From Macrostomum hystrix (taxonomy: Eukaryota; Animalia; Platyhelminthes), in NCBI GenBank assembly GCA_950097015.1, contig CATNEN010000001.1:17856001-17920000 (forward strand): 64,000 nucleotides of DNA, given 5' to 3'. Numbering within the stretch: the first letter of the stretch is position 1; each line of letters begins with the position of its first letter. The position numbers and the translations under genes are program-made. Below are positions 1-12,728 of the stretch, piece after piece. The notes under the pieces were generated by a model, which was not told where the DNA came from, made no database searches, and saw only the letters and a program-made list of their open reading frames with translations.

Positions 1-93
1 CCTATGCTCCATCAACTCTACTGGGCGCGTGGTTCGTGTTTTGTTAATTCGGAGCTCCATCGAAATTTCGAAATCGACCGGCCGAGTTTATAA

Positions 94-194
94 TTTTATA
101 AGTACCCCCGGCACCGCCAACCCCCTGTTTCCTTTCCTCTATCCCCGCTTCACTCGTGAAATGAATTCCGTTCCAGAATGTTCTAGAATGTTCT
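94..194 (-). promoter_or_regulatory. Heat-shock promoter: perfect HSE plus TATA box pointing out of the left edge of the window
   Basis: TTCcaGAAtgTTCtaGAAtgTTC at 171-193 = five contiguous alternating nGAAn units. TATAAAA on the minus strand at 100-94, about 70 nt downstream of the HSE in the minus direction. Confidence 0.7.
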
Positions 195-1761
195 GCAGTT
201 TTAGCTGTCATGTTCAGCCTAGATTCTCCCAAATGTGCCTTATCTAAAAACAAACCTCATAAGCAAACAAGATAGATCATCTTCGTTGCAACGAGCGTGT
301 GAATTAAAAAATGACTGTCAACACAGGTGGACAGGCGGCTTATTCTGAAGTTCTGACGGGCTTTAAGTTCTCTGAGTCGTTGTTCCCTTTGAGAAAACAA
401 ACTTCAGAATTTTTAGATAAGGGTCAGCATGGCGTAACCCAGTCCATGGACTGAACACTTCTGCAGCCAGCAGCTTGATCTTCGTAAAAATATTTTGTTT
501 TATAAAATTAAAAAGCGAGAAAACCAAAACCGAATTGATATTTAGAACTGCAGCAGCATTACACAGTTGTAGTTAGAATTTTCATAATGTACAGCGCTAA
601 TTTCCTACGGCATTGTCAGTCTTGACGCCACTTTGGCTTAACAACAGCCAGTGAAAAAGTGTTTTTGTCCTTCAAAAAGCCAGTCACAGCAATAGTTAGA
701 AAATCATAAACATATTTCATATATCACATATTTCTCAAACGTAGAATTTGAGAATTCACATTTATTTTGGCTTGAGCAAATCACTTTTTAAGCTGCAATG
801 CACTGCAAACCTTTGTTTTCACTTTCACTTTCACTTCTCCGTTAATCTAATGCACGTGTGAAATTTTAAACCGATCAACATAAGTTGACACTGAAATTAA
901 TTAGACAAGACGAAATAAATACAAAGACTCATGAGATTTTTTCCTGCCAATTCTTCACGAAACATAGGGAAAGTTTATTTTGCAAAGCTAATTATTATTT
1001 CAAGCATTTAATTGCTAGGAATTTCAGCCATGTCATAATTATTTGAGTTGGCATTTGTATTTAGAGTATGTTATGTGAATACAGCAGCAAAGTGTGTTCT
1101 TATGAAGTTTGTGTATAGGTTCTGAAATATTTATGCACTGTAGCTACAGTTTTTACAGAAGGCACATTTTTACCTTTTTACCTTTAAGTCTCTTATAGCA
1201 GCTCAAGTTCTGTGTTTATCTATATTAGCAAATTTTGAAATGTAAACTAGGGATAAAAAGAGGGCCTCAGTTTAATCAATATTCATAAAGGCATTCAGAA
1301 CAAGATTAGTTTATTCACAGTTAGTCAATCATGTCTTTTTGGTTGGCACTCAACAGGCTGTTGTTGATTGTTGGCCATTCAGCTTCAACACCAGACTAGG
1401 ATTCTTGGGACTCCTTGTCCTGTTAGATAGGCTCTCCTTGTCCTGTTAGGTGTGAGAGGTGAGACAGTTGGTTTGCTGTTTGTATTTAGATCTATAGCTA
1501 GGCAAGAAGGGGCAGAAGGCTGATAAGAGCTTATAAATGATTGTTAGCTATATTAGGTTGAATAGGACCACAATTGAGGTAATTATACAGGGCTGGTATG
1601 AACTGTGTATGGGGCTTGAGCATAAATGTACAAGATCTGATAGCTCAAGTGTACACTCTAGTACATCAGATAACTCAGTAAAGATAGCTAGCAATGCCAC
1701 AATTCTAGCTAGTGTTATAAAGACCTGGGGAAAATAGTGTTCATAAATTCATTAGCTAGAG

Positions 1762-3350
1762 GAATTTCATAAACAGCAGTTTCAAGGCAAACAACTGCTC
1801 ATGCAGTATCAAAACCAATAGCTCAAGGCAAACTGCTGTGCGTGCATTATCAAAACTGAGAGCTCAAGCAACCAGCAAAAAATTTGTGTGTTGGGTATCG
1901 TGGGCTGGATTGGGCTAACACTGAGAAATGATTATGTACTCAAGCACTTACCATAGCCTTTAATCATATGTGATTAGTTCTCATATGCCCTTAGCTATAC
2001 CATGAGAGTGTAGACAACCAGATGCCGCAATTCCAGCTAGTGAGCCAGTGTGATAAAGACCTGGTAAAATAAAGTTGATAAATAAATAGTCATTATAATG
2101 AATTTTCAGAGCAAAGTTATATACCTGTACCAGACCAAATAACTCTAGTGTACACTAGGATCACTTATATTGCTTGTAGAAACAAGAAGAGAAGAGGAGA
2201 ATAAAGGCAGGAGAGAAGAGCAGAGGAAAGAAGAGCAGAGGAAAGGAGGGGAGAGGGGGAGAGGAGAGGAAAGAAAGAGGAAAGAAAAGCAGAGGAAAGG
2301 AGGGGAGAGGGGGAGAGGAGAGGAAAGAAAGAGGAACGAAGAGCAGAGGAAAGGAGGGGAGAGGGGGAGAGGAGAGGAGAAGAGGAGGGGGAGAGGAGAA
2401 GAGAAGAGGAGAGAATTTGATAAACAGCAGTTTTAAGGCAAACTACTGCTCATGCAGTCTCAAAACCAATAGCTCAAGGCAAACTACTGTGCATGCATTA
2501 TCAAAACTAAGAGCTCAAGCAACCAGCAATTGTGTGTTGGTATCTTGGGCTGGGTTGGGCTACCACTAAAAATGATTATTTACTTAAGCACTTACCATAG
2601 CCTTTGATCCTATGTGATTAGTTCTCATATGCCCTTAGCTATGCCATGAGAGTGAAGACAGCCAGATGCCACAGTTCCAGCTAGTGAGCCAGTGTGATAA
2701 AGACCTGGTAAAATAAAGTTGATAAATAAATAGTCATTATAAGGAAATTTCATAGCAAATTTATATAACTGTACTAGACCAAATAACTCTAGTGTACACT
2801 AGGATCACTTATATTGCTTGTAGAAACAAGAAGAGAAGAGGAGAAAAAAGGGCAGGAGAGAAGAGGAGAGGAAAGAAGAGAGGAAAGAAGAGCAGAGGAA
2901 AGGAGGGGATAGAGGGAGAGGAGGGGGGAGAGGAGAGGAGAAGAGGAGGGGAGAGAATTTCATAAACAGCAGTTTCAAGGCAAACTACTGCTCATGCAGT
3001 ATCAAAACCAATAGCTCAAGGCAAACTACTGTGCATGCATTATCAAAACTAAGAGCTCAAGCAACCAGCAATTGTGTGTTGGGTATCTTGGGCTGGGTTG
3101 GGCTAACACTAAAAATGATTATGTACTTAAGCACTTACCATAGCCTTTAATCATATGTGATTAGTTCTCATATGCCCTTAGCTATGCCATGAGAGTGAAG
3201 ACAGCCAGATGCCACAATTCCAGCTAGTGAGCCAGTGTGATAAAGACCTGGTAAAATAAAGTTGATAAATAAATAGTCATTATAAGGAAATTTCATAGCA
3301 AAGTTATTTACCTGTACCAGACCAAATAACTCTAGTGTACACTGGGATCA
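1762..3350. repeat. Tandem triplication of a ~550-650 bp unit with GA-rich tracts
   Basis: gaattt(c/g)ataaacagcagttt...gctcatgcag recurs at ~1762, ~2413 and ~2955 with high identity. Confidence 0.9.
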
Positions 3351-4100
3351 ATTGTTATTGCTTTGCAGGAGCTAACCAACAATTTTGGGTTGGGTATCTA
3401 GCAAACACTTTACAAAAAATGATTAGCCAAGCCTTACCAGTTCTCAGATGCCAGCCTGAAGATAGCAAGCAAAGCCACCATTCCAGCTTGTGTGATAAGG
3501 ACCAGTTAAGATGTACTAAGCCTCACTGCAGTTTGCTAAGTTTTTATCATCCTTTTAACTGCTTTCACTTTCTTAAATCCTTAATTCCTTTCAGGCTCTT
3601 CAATTATTTGTAGCCACATTTCACTTCTCTTGTAAGCTTTCAGCTATGATGCCTCTGACATCATCCATGAGCAATGAGCTGCAGCTCAGGAGCATTGAGC
3701 TAAAAGCTAGGCTTCTTTAGCTAGTGAAACCAAGCTACACACTTTTACCATCCTTTAACTACCTTAAATCCATTTGAAGATTTTAAACACCCTTTGATAC
3801 ACTTATTTTACTCTTATTCACTTCTACTTTTGCTTTACCTTTACTTTTACTTATTTACTTTTCAATTTTCAGAGAATTCGGACATTTCAGAGAACTTACT
3901 CACTTCACCTCTATTACACAGCAGCCACAGCAGCAGTAACAGCAGATTTCTGAATATCTGAATAACAGCAGATTTCAGAGTACTTACTCACTACACCCCT
4001 ATTACACAGCAGCTACAGCAGCAGTAACAGCAGATTTCTGAATATCTGAATAACAGCAGATTTCAGAGTACTTATTACTCACTACACCTATTATGGATAC

Positions 4101-4101
<1 letters not shown>

Positions 4102-4149
<48 letters not shown>
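4102..4149 (+). repeat. (CAG)n microsatellite
   Basis: 14 contiguous CAG units followed by CAA CAG. Confidence 0.95.
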
Positions 4150-4380
4150 CTGCAGCCACAGCCCAGCAGCCCCTGGGCGCTGCTGCCCACCACAGTGGAC
4201 AATAACGTCAATAAGGTCCAGTGGTGGAAGGAGAAGGGAGGGGCCGGGGCGGCCACTAACTTCACGCCGCCGAGGCCCCGGTGCCCTCCCCGACCGGCGA
4301 AGAAATAAAGGTTTGTCTAAGCTACCTATATGTGATACCTTTATTCCTTAATTCTTAATCCTTAATCGTTAATTCTTTAA

Positions 4381-4785
4381 ATAAGCGCTATAGTAGTAAA
4401 ATTATACCCGAATGCCGAGAATTCTGGGATCCAGAATGCCGCCACCAGCATCTACGGCCCGACTATCACAGTGGACGCCGTCGAATGGATGACGGCCACG
4501 TTCGTCGGTAGCCGCATCGTCGACATGCTCCATCGAGCCAAGGACCGCCGAGGAGCCAGACCGCATCGACGCCTGTCAGTTTCAGGTCCAGGGTCATCTG
4601 CCACGAGTTCGCCAGCCGTCGCCCCGCCAGCCGGCGGTAAAAGACCTGGCTCGCAGCTCAGTCATGCCTCGCAAAAAAGGCATTCTTTGCAGCCGCATCA
4701 CAGTCGAGCAGCTCCAACTGAGCTGTTGGAGTGCTCCGATGAGGAGGCTGATTGCCTGATGAGCTACATGACTGAGGAGGACTAA
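4381..4785 (+). pseudogene. GC-rich coding-like fragment, possibly the C-terminus of a DUF4806/BEN-like transposon accessory protein
   Basis: Open frame ...FVGSRIVDMLHRAKDRRGARPHRR resembles the L..A.DR.G.R end motif I recall for DUF4806-type proteins; the upstream frame has stops. Confidence 0.25.
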
Positions 4786-4796
4786 GTCCCAGGTCC

Positions 4797-5364
4797 CTAC
4801 CAGTTGCGGGACCTGGTTGATTTGTTATAAAAGATAAGTAGCGTTTGAATTTCATGTCTTTCATAGTCATATCTTATAATGGAACAAAAACACAGAAGCA
4901 TCTTGTCTTTTGCATCAATTACATAATGAATAATTTTTTCCAGTTCTACCATTGTGCCGGGACGTCTACCGGTTGCGGGACCTGGTTGACTGGCCATAAA
5001 AGATAAGTAGCGTTTGAATTTCATGTCTTTCATAGTCATATCTTATAATGGAACAAAAACACAGAAGCATCTTGTCTTTTGCATCAATTACATAATGAAT
5101 AATTTTTTCCAGTTCTACCATTGTGCCGGGACGTCTACCGGTTGCGGGACCTGGTTGACTGGCCATAAAAGATAAGTAGCGTTTGAATTTCATGTCTTTC
5201 ATAGTCATATCTTATAATGGAACAAAAACACAGAAGCATCTTGTCTTTTGCATCAATTACATAATGAATAATTTTTTCCAGTTCTACCATTGTGCCGGGA
5301 CGTCTACCGGTTGCGGGACCTGGTTGACTGGCCATAAAAGATAAGTAGCGTTTGAATTTCATGT
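4797..5364. repeat. 169-bp tandem repeat, ~3.3 copies
   Basis: Near-identical units; repeated minus-strand ORFs offset by 169. Confidence 0.95.
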
Positions 5365-5460
5365 CTCCAATGTTTAATCTTATGCTCGATCTTGTATTTC
5401 AACTCATTCTGAATCTCATGTTTGATCTTATGCTCAATCTCATATTTCCGCTTATTAAGA

Positions 5461-5727
5461 ATCTTTGCTTCATCTCGTTTACAATCTCAAATCTTATGTA
5501 CCTCAATCCATATACATCTCATATCTCATATCTTTGCTTCATCTCGTTTACAATCTCAAATCTAATGTACCTCAATCCATATACATCTCATATCTCATAT
5601 CTTTGCTTCATCTCGTTTACAATCTCAAATCTAATGTACCTCAATCCATATACATCTCATATCTCATATCTTTGCTTCATCTCGTTTATAATCTCAAATC
5701 TAATGTACCTCAATCCATATACATCTG
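5461..5727. repeat. 69-bp tandem repeat, ~4 copies
   Basis: atctttgcttcatctcg at 5461, 5530, 5599 and 5668. Confidence 0.95.
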
Positions 5728-6105
5728 GATTCTATCTCACTCGATCTCTATTCTCTGCATTGATGTACATGTGTATGTAAACATGTAATTTTACAGTAAA
5801 CCTTGCACATACAACTAGTCGTGCATACTTTCCAATTTCTCCAGCAAACCAGTCAGCCGGTTACGCGACGACATGGTCGACTGGCGGAGGTGGCATGACA
5901 GGGACAACTGGCGCAGGTGGCATGACAGGGACAACTGGCGCAGGTGGCATGACAGGGACGACTGGCGGAGTTGGCACAACTAGGACGACTGACTGGCGCG
6001 CAGGTGGCTTGACAGGGACAAAATGTGGACTAATTTTCGTGCTTTGTATTTACTTAAAAACGTATACCGTACTGTCTTTGCATGATGACACTCTAAGTCT
6101 AAAAC

Positions 6106-9030
6106 TCTCTCTCTCCACCATCTCTCTATATCTCACCATCTCTCTCCATCTCTCTAAATCTCTCCATCTCTCTCTATATCGCTCTATCTCTCTCTATATC
6201 TCTCCATCTCTCTCTAAATCTCACTATCTCTCTCCATCTCTCTCTAAATCTCTTCATCTCTCTCCACCTCTCTCTAAATCTCACCATCTCTCTAAATCTC
6301 TTCATCTCTCTCTAAATCTCTCCATCTCTCTCTAAATCTCTCCCTCTCTCTAAATCTATTCATCTCTCTCTAAATCTCTCCATCTCTCTCTAAATCTCTC
6401 CATCTCTCTAAATCTATTCATCTCTCTCTAAATCTCTCCCTCTCTCTAAATCTCTCCATCTCTCTAAATCTATTCATCTCTCTCTAAATCTCTCCATCTC
6501 TCTAAATCTATTCATCTCTCTCTAAATCTATTCATCTCTCTCTAAATCTCTCCATCTCTCTAAATCTCTCCCTCTCTCTAAATCTCTTCATCTCTCTCCA
6601 TCTCTCTCTAAATCTCACCATCTCTCTCCATCTCTCTAAATCTCTTCATCTCTCTCTAAATCTCTCCATCTCTCTCTAAATCTCTCTAAATCTCTCCATC
6701 TCTCTAAATCTATTCATCTCTCTCTAAATCTCTTCATCTCTCTCCACCTCTCTCTAAATCTCACTATCTCTCTCCATCTCTCTCTAAATCTCACCATCTC
6801 TCTCCATCTCTCTAAATCTCTTCATCTCTCTCTAAATCTCTCCATCTCTCTCTAAATCTCTCTAAATCTCTCCATCTCTCTAAATCTATTCATCTCTCTA
6901 AATCTCTCCCTCTCTCTAAATCTCTCCCTCTCTCTAAATCTCTCCATCTCTCTAAATCTCACCATCTCTCTCCATCTCTCTAAATCTCTCCCTCTCTCTC
7001 TAAATCTCTCCATCTCTCTCTAAATCTCTCCATCTCTCTAAATCTATTCATCTCTCTCTAAATCTCTTCATCTCTCTCCACCTCTCTCTAAATCTCACCA
7101 TCTCTCTCCATCTCTCTAAATCTCTTCATCTCTCTCTAAATCTCTCCATCTCTCTAAATCTATTCATCTCTCTCTAAATCTCTCCACCTCTCTCTAAATC
7201 TCACTATCTCTCTCCATCTCTCTCTAAATCTCACCATCTCTCTCCATCTCTCTAAATCTCTTCATCTCTCTCTAAATCTCTCCATCTCTCTAAATCTCTC
7301 TAAATCTCTCTAAATCTCTCCATCTCTCTAAATCTATTCATCTCTCTAAATCTCTCCCTCTCTCTAAATCTCTCCCTCTCTCTAAATCTCTCCATCTCTC
7401 TAAATCTCACCATCTCTCTCCATCTCTCTAAATCTCTCCCTCTCTCTCTAAATCTCTCCATCTCTCTCTAAATCTCTCCATCTCTCTAAATCTCTCCCTC
7501 TCTCTAAATCTCTTCATCTCTCTCTAAATCTCTCCACCTCTCTCTAAATCTCACCATCTCTCTCCATCTCTCTAAATCTCTCCATCTCTCTCTAAATCTC
7601 TCTAAATCTCTCCATCTCTCTAAATCTCTTCATCTCTCTCTAAATCTCTCCATCTCTCTCTAAATCTCTCTAAATCTCTCTAAATCTCTCCCTCTCTCTA
7701 AATCTCTTCATCTCTCTCTAAATCTCTCCATCTCTCTCTAAATCTCACCATCTCTCTCCATCTCTCTCCATCTCTCTAAATCTCTTCATCTCTCTCTAAA
7801 TCTCTCCATCTTTCTCTAAATCTCTCTAAATCTCTCCATCTCTCTAAATCTCTTCATCTCTCTCTAAATCTCTCCATCTCTCTCTAAATCTCTCTAAATC
7901 TCTCTAAATCTCTCCCTCTCTCTAAATCTCTTCATCTCTCTCTAAATCTCTCCATCTCTCTCTAAATCTCACCATCTCTCTCCATCTCTCTAAATCTCTC
8001 CATCTCTCTCTAAATCTCTCCATCTCTCTAAATCTATTCATCTCTCTCTAAATCTCTTTATCTCTCTCTAAATCTCTCCCTCTCTCTAAATCTCTTCATC
8101 TCTCTCTAAATCTCTTTATCTCTCTCTAAATCTCTCCCTCTCTCTAAATCTCTTCATCTCTCTCTAAATCTCTCCACATCTCTCTAAATCTCACCATCTC
8201 TCTAAATCTCACCATCTCTCTAAATCTCTCCACATCTCTCTAAATCTCTCCACATCTCTCTAAATCTCACCATCTCTCTAAATCTCTCCACATCTCTCTA
8301 AATCTCTCCACATCTCTCTAAATCTCACCATCTCTCTCCATCTCTCTAAATCTCTTTATCTCTCTCTAAATCTCTCCCTCTCTCTAAATCTCTTCATCTC
8401 TCTCTAAATCTCTCCCTCTCTCTAAATCTCTTTATCTCTCTCTAAATCTCTCCACATCTCTCTAAATCTCACCATCTCTCTAAGTCTCACCATCTCTCTA
8501 AATCTCTCCACATCTCTCTAAATCTCTCCACATCTCTCTAAATCTCACCATCTCTCTCCATCTCTCTAAATCTCTTTATCTCTCTCTAAATCTCTCCCTC
8601 TCTCTAAATCTCTTCATCTCTCTCTAAATCTCTCCACCTCTCTCTAAATCTCACTATCTCTCTCCATCTCTCTCTAAATCTCACCATCTCTCTCCATCTC
8701 TCTAAATCTCTTCATCTCTCTCTAAATCTCTCCATCTCTCTCTAAATCTCTCTAAATCTCTCCATCTCTCTAAATCTATTCATCTCTCTCTAAATCTCTC
8801 TCTCTCTCTAAATCTCTCCCTCTCTCTAAATCTCTCCATCTCTCTAAATCTCACCATCTCTCTCCATCTCTCTAAATCTCTCCATCTCTCTCTAAATCTC
8901 ACCTCTCTCTAAATCTCACCTCTCTCTATATCTCACCATCTCTCTCTATATCTCACCTCTTTCTATATCTCACCATATCTCTCTATATCTCTCCATCTCT
9001 CTCCATGTCTCTCTATATCTCATTGTATAT
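6106..9030. repeat. ~2.9 kb CT-rich satellite (ctctctaaatctctccat variants)
   Basis: Continuous low-complexity array, bracketed by a 64-bp direct repeat at 6042-6105 and 9031-9094. Confidence 0.95.
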
Positions 9031-9463
9031 CTTTGTATTTACTTAAAAACGTATACCGTACTGTCTTTGCATGATGACACTCTCAGTCTAAAACATTGCA
9101 ATATAAATGATGTCTGTAGTTCCGTTACTCTTCTTTTCAATCATGGCTTTTCCCTTTCTGAATGCGCTTTATAACATGTTTCATATGCATATTCAGCATA
9201 TTCAGGAATAATGCTGCTCTGTGCGACCGATTCGCTTTGAAATTGATAAAAAATCTGTACCTTTAGCTGCGTCAAAAGTATTCAATGAGACTAGAAGAGA
9301 CATATTCGTAAACCATTTATAGCGGTGACGAATAGAAAATTTACATGAGCATGTTCAATTTTATTTATTTAAAGTGATTGCCGCTTTATATATACGGCGT
9401 GCATACAACAAAATGAAACATACGTATGAAAAGTACATGGTCAGGAGGGAGGGGGCAGCGTGG

Positions 9464-9568
9464 CGAGCGGAGCTGCTGGGGCAGGAGCGGAGCTGCTGGG
9501 CAGGAGCGGAGCTACTGGGCAGGAGCGGAGCTGCTGGGCAGGAGCGGAGCTGCTGGGGCAGGAGCGGA
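9464..9568. repeat. 19-bp minisatellite (ggagcggagctgctgggca)
   Basis: About 5 tandem copies. Confidence 0.9.
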
Positions 9569-9755
9569 ACTAATGCGAAACTAAAAATTTAAATTGTTTT
9601 CTTTGATCTCTCTCTGACTTATCATGTCATTAATGGCATTAATAAAATTAATTAAAACTTTAAATAACTGACTTCCCTGTACACCTGGGAACATTCGTAA
9701 ATACAACTCAACTCGGATTCCTGGGAAATCTACTGCATCTAACTACCACACTTCC

Positions 9756-10218
9756 TCTCACCCTACTGCTCTCCCTCTCACTCTACTGATCTCCCTCTCA
9801 CTCTACTGATCTCCCTCTCACCCTACTGCTCTCACTCTCACCCTACTGCTCTCCCTCTCACCCTACTGCTCTCCCTCTCACCCTACTGCTCGGTGTCCCA
9901 ATAGATTTGAGCACAGTTTATCGAGTGGGATTCAATTGAAAATCAATCTAGAAATGATTTCCTACACGACTGAGTTGGTTTCATGATTTCAAATGATTTC
10001 CACTCGAACTTATTAACCTGGAAAGTCACCTAGAAAATTTTATCTTGACTCTGACTATGTCAGCAGTATATGGCTGTCATCGGTGTCCCAATAGATTTGA
10101 GCACACTTTATCGAGTGGGATTCAATTGAAAATCAATCTAGAAATGATTTCCTACACGACTGAGTTGGTTTCATTATTTCAAATGATTTCCACTCGAACT
10201 TATTAACCTGGAAAGTCA
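9756..10218. repeat. 20-bp minisatellite followed by a 138-bp direct duplication
   Basis: ctctcaccctactgctctcc units at 9756-9890; 9891-10028 repeated at 10081-10218. Confidence 0.9.
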
Positions 10219-10235
10219 AAGCTTAAAAAAATCAC

Positions 10236-10470
10236 CTCCAGGATGGTCTCGTAGCCCGCAGCTGTCTGGTGTTGTAGCAGCCAGTCCAGGAGGCTCTTCA
10301 GCAAGGTGTGTAGCTGGGTGGCATTCAGCTCAGCATTCGGGCAGTGGCGCTGCAGGCAGGTCAGCTGCTCCAGTCGTCCTCGGTGCGCCAGGAACGGGGC
10401 CAGGCAGGCGATGTCGCATCTGGCCAGGAGTGCCACGATGGCCGGCGAGCCGAACAGCGCCACAGGATGA
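10236..10470 (-). other. Isolated GC-rich coding-exon-like segment
   Basis: Open frame HPVALFGSPAIVALL...LLKSLLDWLLQHQTAAGYETILE ending at a GAG|GTGATT donor (10236/10235); no partner exons found. Confidence 0.35.
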
Positions 10471-10854
10471 GCATTCATCGTGGTTCTACGCACCCAACAA
10501 TGTCGTGAGTGCAGCAGCAACGCGTCTAACACTAGCTAATACCACTATAGTCACTATATATCCCACAGTATATTGGAAAAATTTCGATCGATCATCACAG
10601 TGCGAAATGGGTCCCTAACTCAGGTGCGGGCAGTGGCATGGGGCTGCAGTCATCATGTAATGTAAGATAATACCCTGCATGAAACCCATTTCATAGAATG
10701 TTTGAACTGCATTCCGCTGCTGTCACAACTGCGCCATTAGGAACAAAATTATCATGACTGGTATATGTATTCAATCAGCCAACCGATCTCGCACCTAACA
10801 CTGCAACAATTGCTATCAGTAGTAATCAATTTAGAATTATAGCAAAGCGGGTCG

Positions 10855-11197
10855 CGGGCTCTTTTGCTGCATAAAAAAGCATTAAGGGTTGAGTCGGGCT
10901 CTTTTGCTGCATAAGAAAGCATTAAGGGTTGAGTCGGGCTCTTTTGCTGCATAAGAAAGCATTAAGGATTGAGTCGGGCTCTTTTGCTGCATAAGAAAGC
11001 ATTAAGGATTGAGTCGGGCTCTTTTGCTGCATAAGAAAGCATTAAGGGTTGAGTCGGGCTCTTTTGCTGCATAAGAAAGCATAGGGGACTCGGCTGGGCT
11101 CTTTTGCTGCATAAGAAAGCATAGGGGACTCAGCCGGGCTCTTTTGCTGCATAAGAAAGCATAGGGGACTCGGCTGGGCTCTTTTGCTGCATAAGAA
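10855..11197. repeat. 40-bp minisatellite (gggctcttttgctgcataagaaagcattaagggttgagtc)
   Basis: About 8.5 tandem copies. Confidence 0.95.
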
Positions 11198-12558
11198 TCG
11201 CTACATAAAAAACCATAGACTACACAGCCGGGTTGAATTGCCGCTATTGCAATTTCAATAGAGAGAGTGAGTGCGAGCGAGGAAAATATGTTCATGTGTT
11301 TCACATTTTTAAACTCTCCAAATATAAAGAATTGAATTTAAGTGAAAAAATAAATAAACGAATGGTTTTATAGGATAGCCGAATGATGTTGTTCACATGT
11401 CTAAGTAAATGGAATAATTCATTTACGTAGGAAGTTGCAATAACAAATATCAAAATCAAAATCAAAATCCAAAAATCAAAATACACAAAGAAAAGAAAAA
11501 AGAATCGAATTAAACTGATGCCAACATGCACTCGAAGCGCATTTGACCCTAAATAGCAGATTACTTAGAATACATTCTAGGCCTAATTAGTTTAATTCAA
11601 ACCAGTATAAACTAGTTTGTGTGACTGTAAGGCATGCTTATTTAAATTATTAATAATTAAATAACTTGAAATTCTTTTACGATAATCATACTATTTGCAA
11701 TCAATGACATAAAGCTGCATGTTGCAGTCGCGACCATATGCCTATTAATATTTACAGATAACGCTTCTTCTGACTTCAAATAATATATCATATGTTCCTT
11801 AAGATTGAGCTGTGGACTCACGTGTGGAAGCCTGCCGATATTGCCAATTTAAAAGAAAACAGCCAGCTAGTAAGAAAATCATTTGCCTTGCCTACTTACT
11901 AATGCAAATACATTTGCTGAGCCGCAGATATTTCGCATTCACTTACATCTGACTGACTTCGATTTGTCGCGGCTCTATGCTTCGCTTCTGTTAATATCCT
12001 AATGTTTATACTGCGAACTATCTTTGGGCTTCAGACCCACTTGGCCATAGACAAATCGCGATCGATTTAACAGGCTTGTTTACTAGACCCGCTTGGCCAT
12101 AAACTAAGCGTTGGAGGGCTAGTCGATTCTACGTTATTCTGTGGCTTCGCCAGTTCAGCATGCGGCAGCGGGTGGGGGTTTATCGACTGCTTTCACCCCA
12201 CCCCTCCCGTTTTTTAACCCCTCCTTCCTTTTCCTTTTAACTTTGACCCTCAACCCCCAGCCAGTTAACGGCGCCCTCAGAATTTCAGCCCCCATTCCTT
12301 CCTTCCCCCGTCCAGGACTTGTTTACTCCATTTCGCTTATCGATCGATTCCAATTCTTGCCTAGAGTGTGTGTGTGTGTAGTTTATGCTCGTTTAGGCTC
12401 TGCAGTGAAGACTTTATTTGTGATAAGAAAGAGAAGATAGATAAATAAGAAAATATATCAAGTCTATGCACTTTTTATTTACAAAAAATAAGAAAATGTA
12501 GATAGCATTAAAAATCAATAATCAAACAGTTGCTTCAAGACATTTTATACAATTTGAA

Positions 12559-12728
12559 CAGGGGCGTAGCCAGGATTTTTTTGGGGGATATCGGTTTTGG
12601 TTCTATCCAGCGTATCCAGAAAAAAAAACAATTCATTTCTTTCGAAGAAACTGAATGCGAAAAAACTTGAGACATCAAATTTTGGGGGTATCGGCCGATA
12701 CACCGATACCCCTCTCGCTACGCCACTG
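12559..12728. mobile_element. hAT-type MITE, 170 bp
   Basis: TIRs CAGGGGCGTAGC / GCTACGCCACTG (11/12); perfect 8-bp TSD AATTTGAA at 12551-12558 and 12729-12736. Confidence 0.9.

Larger units (their letters stand above)
322..9689. mobile_element. Putative non-autonomous CMC/EnSpm-like DNA transposon (~9.4 kb) filled with tandem repeats
   Basis: Left end CACAGGTGGACAGG (322-335) vs right end reverse complement CCCAGGTGTACAGG (9689-9676), 12/14 identical; AA on both sides as a possible 2-bp TSD; internal DUF4806/BEN-like fragment. The short TIR could be chance. Confidence 0.4.
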
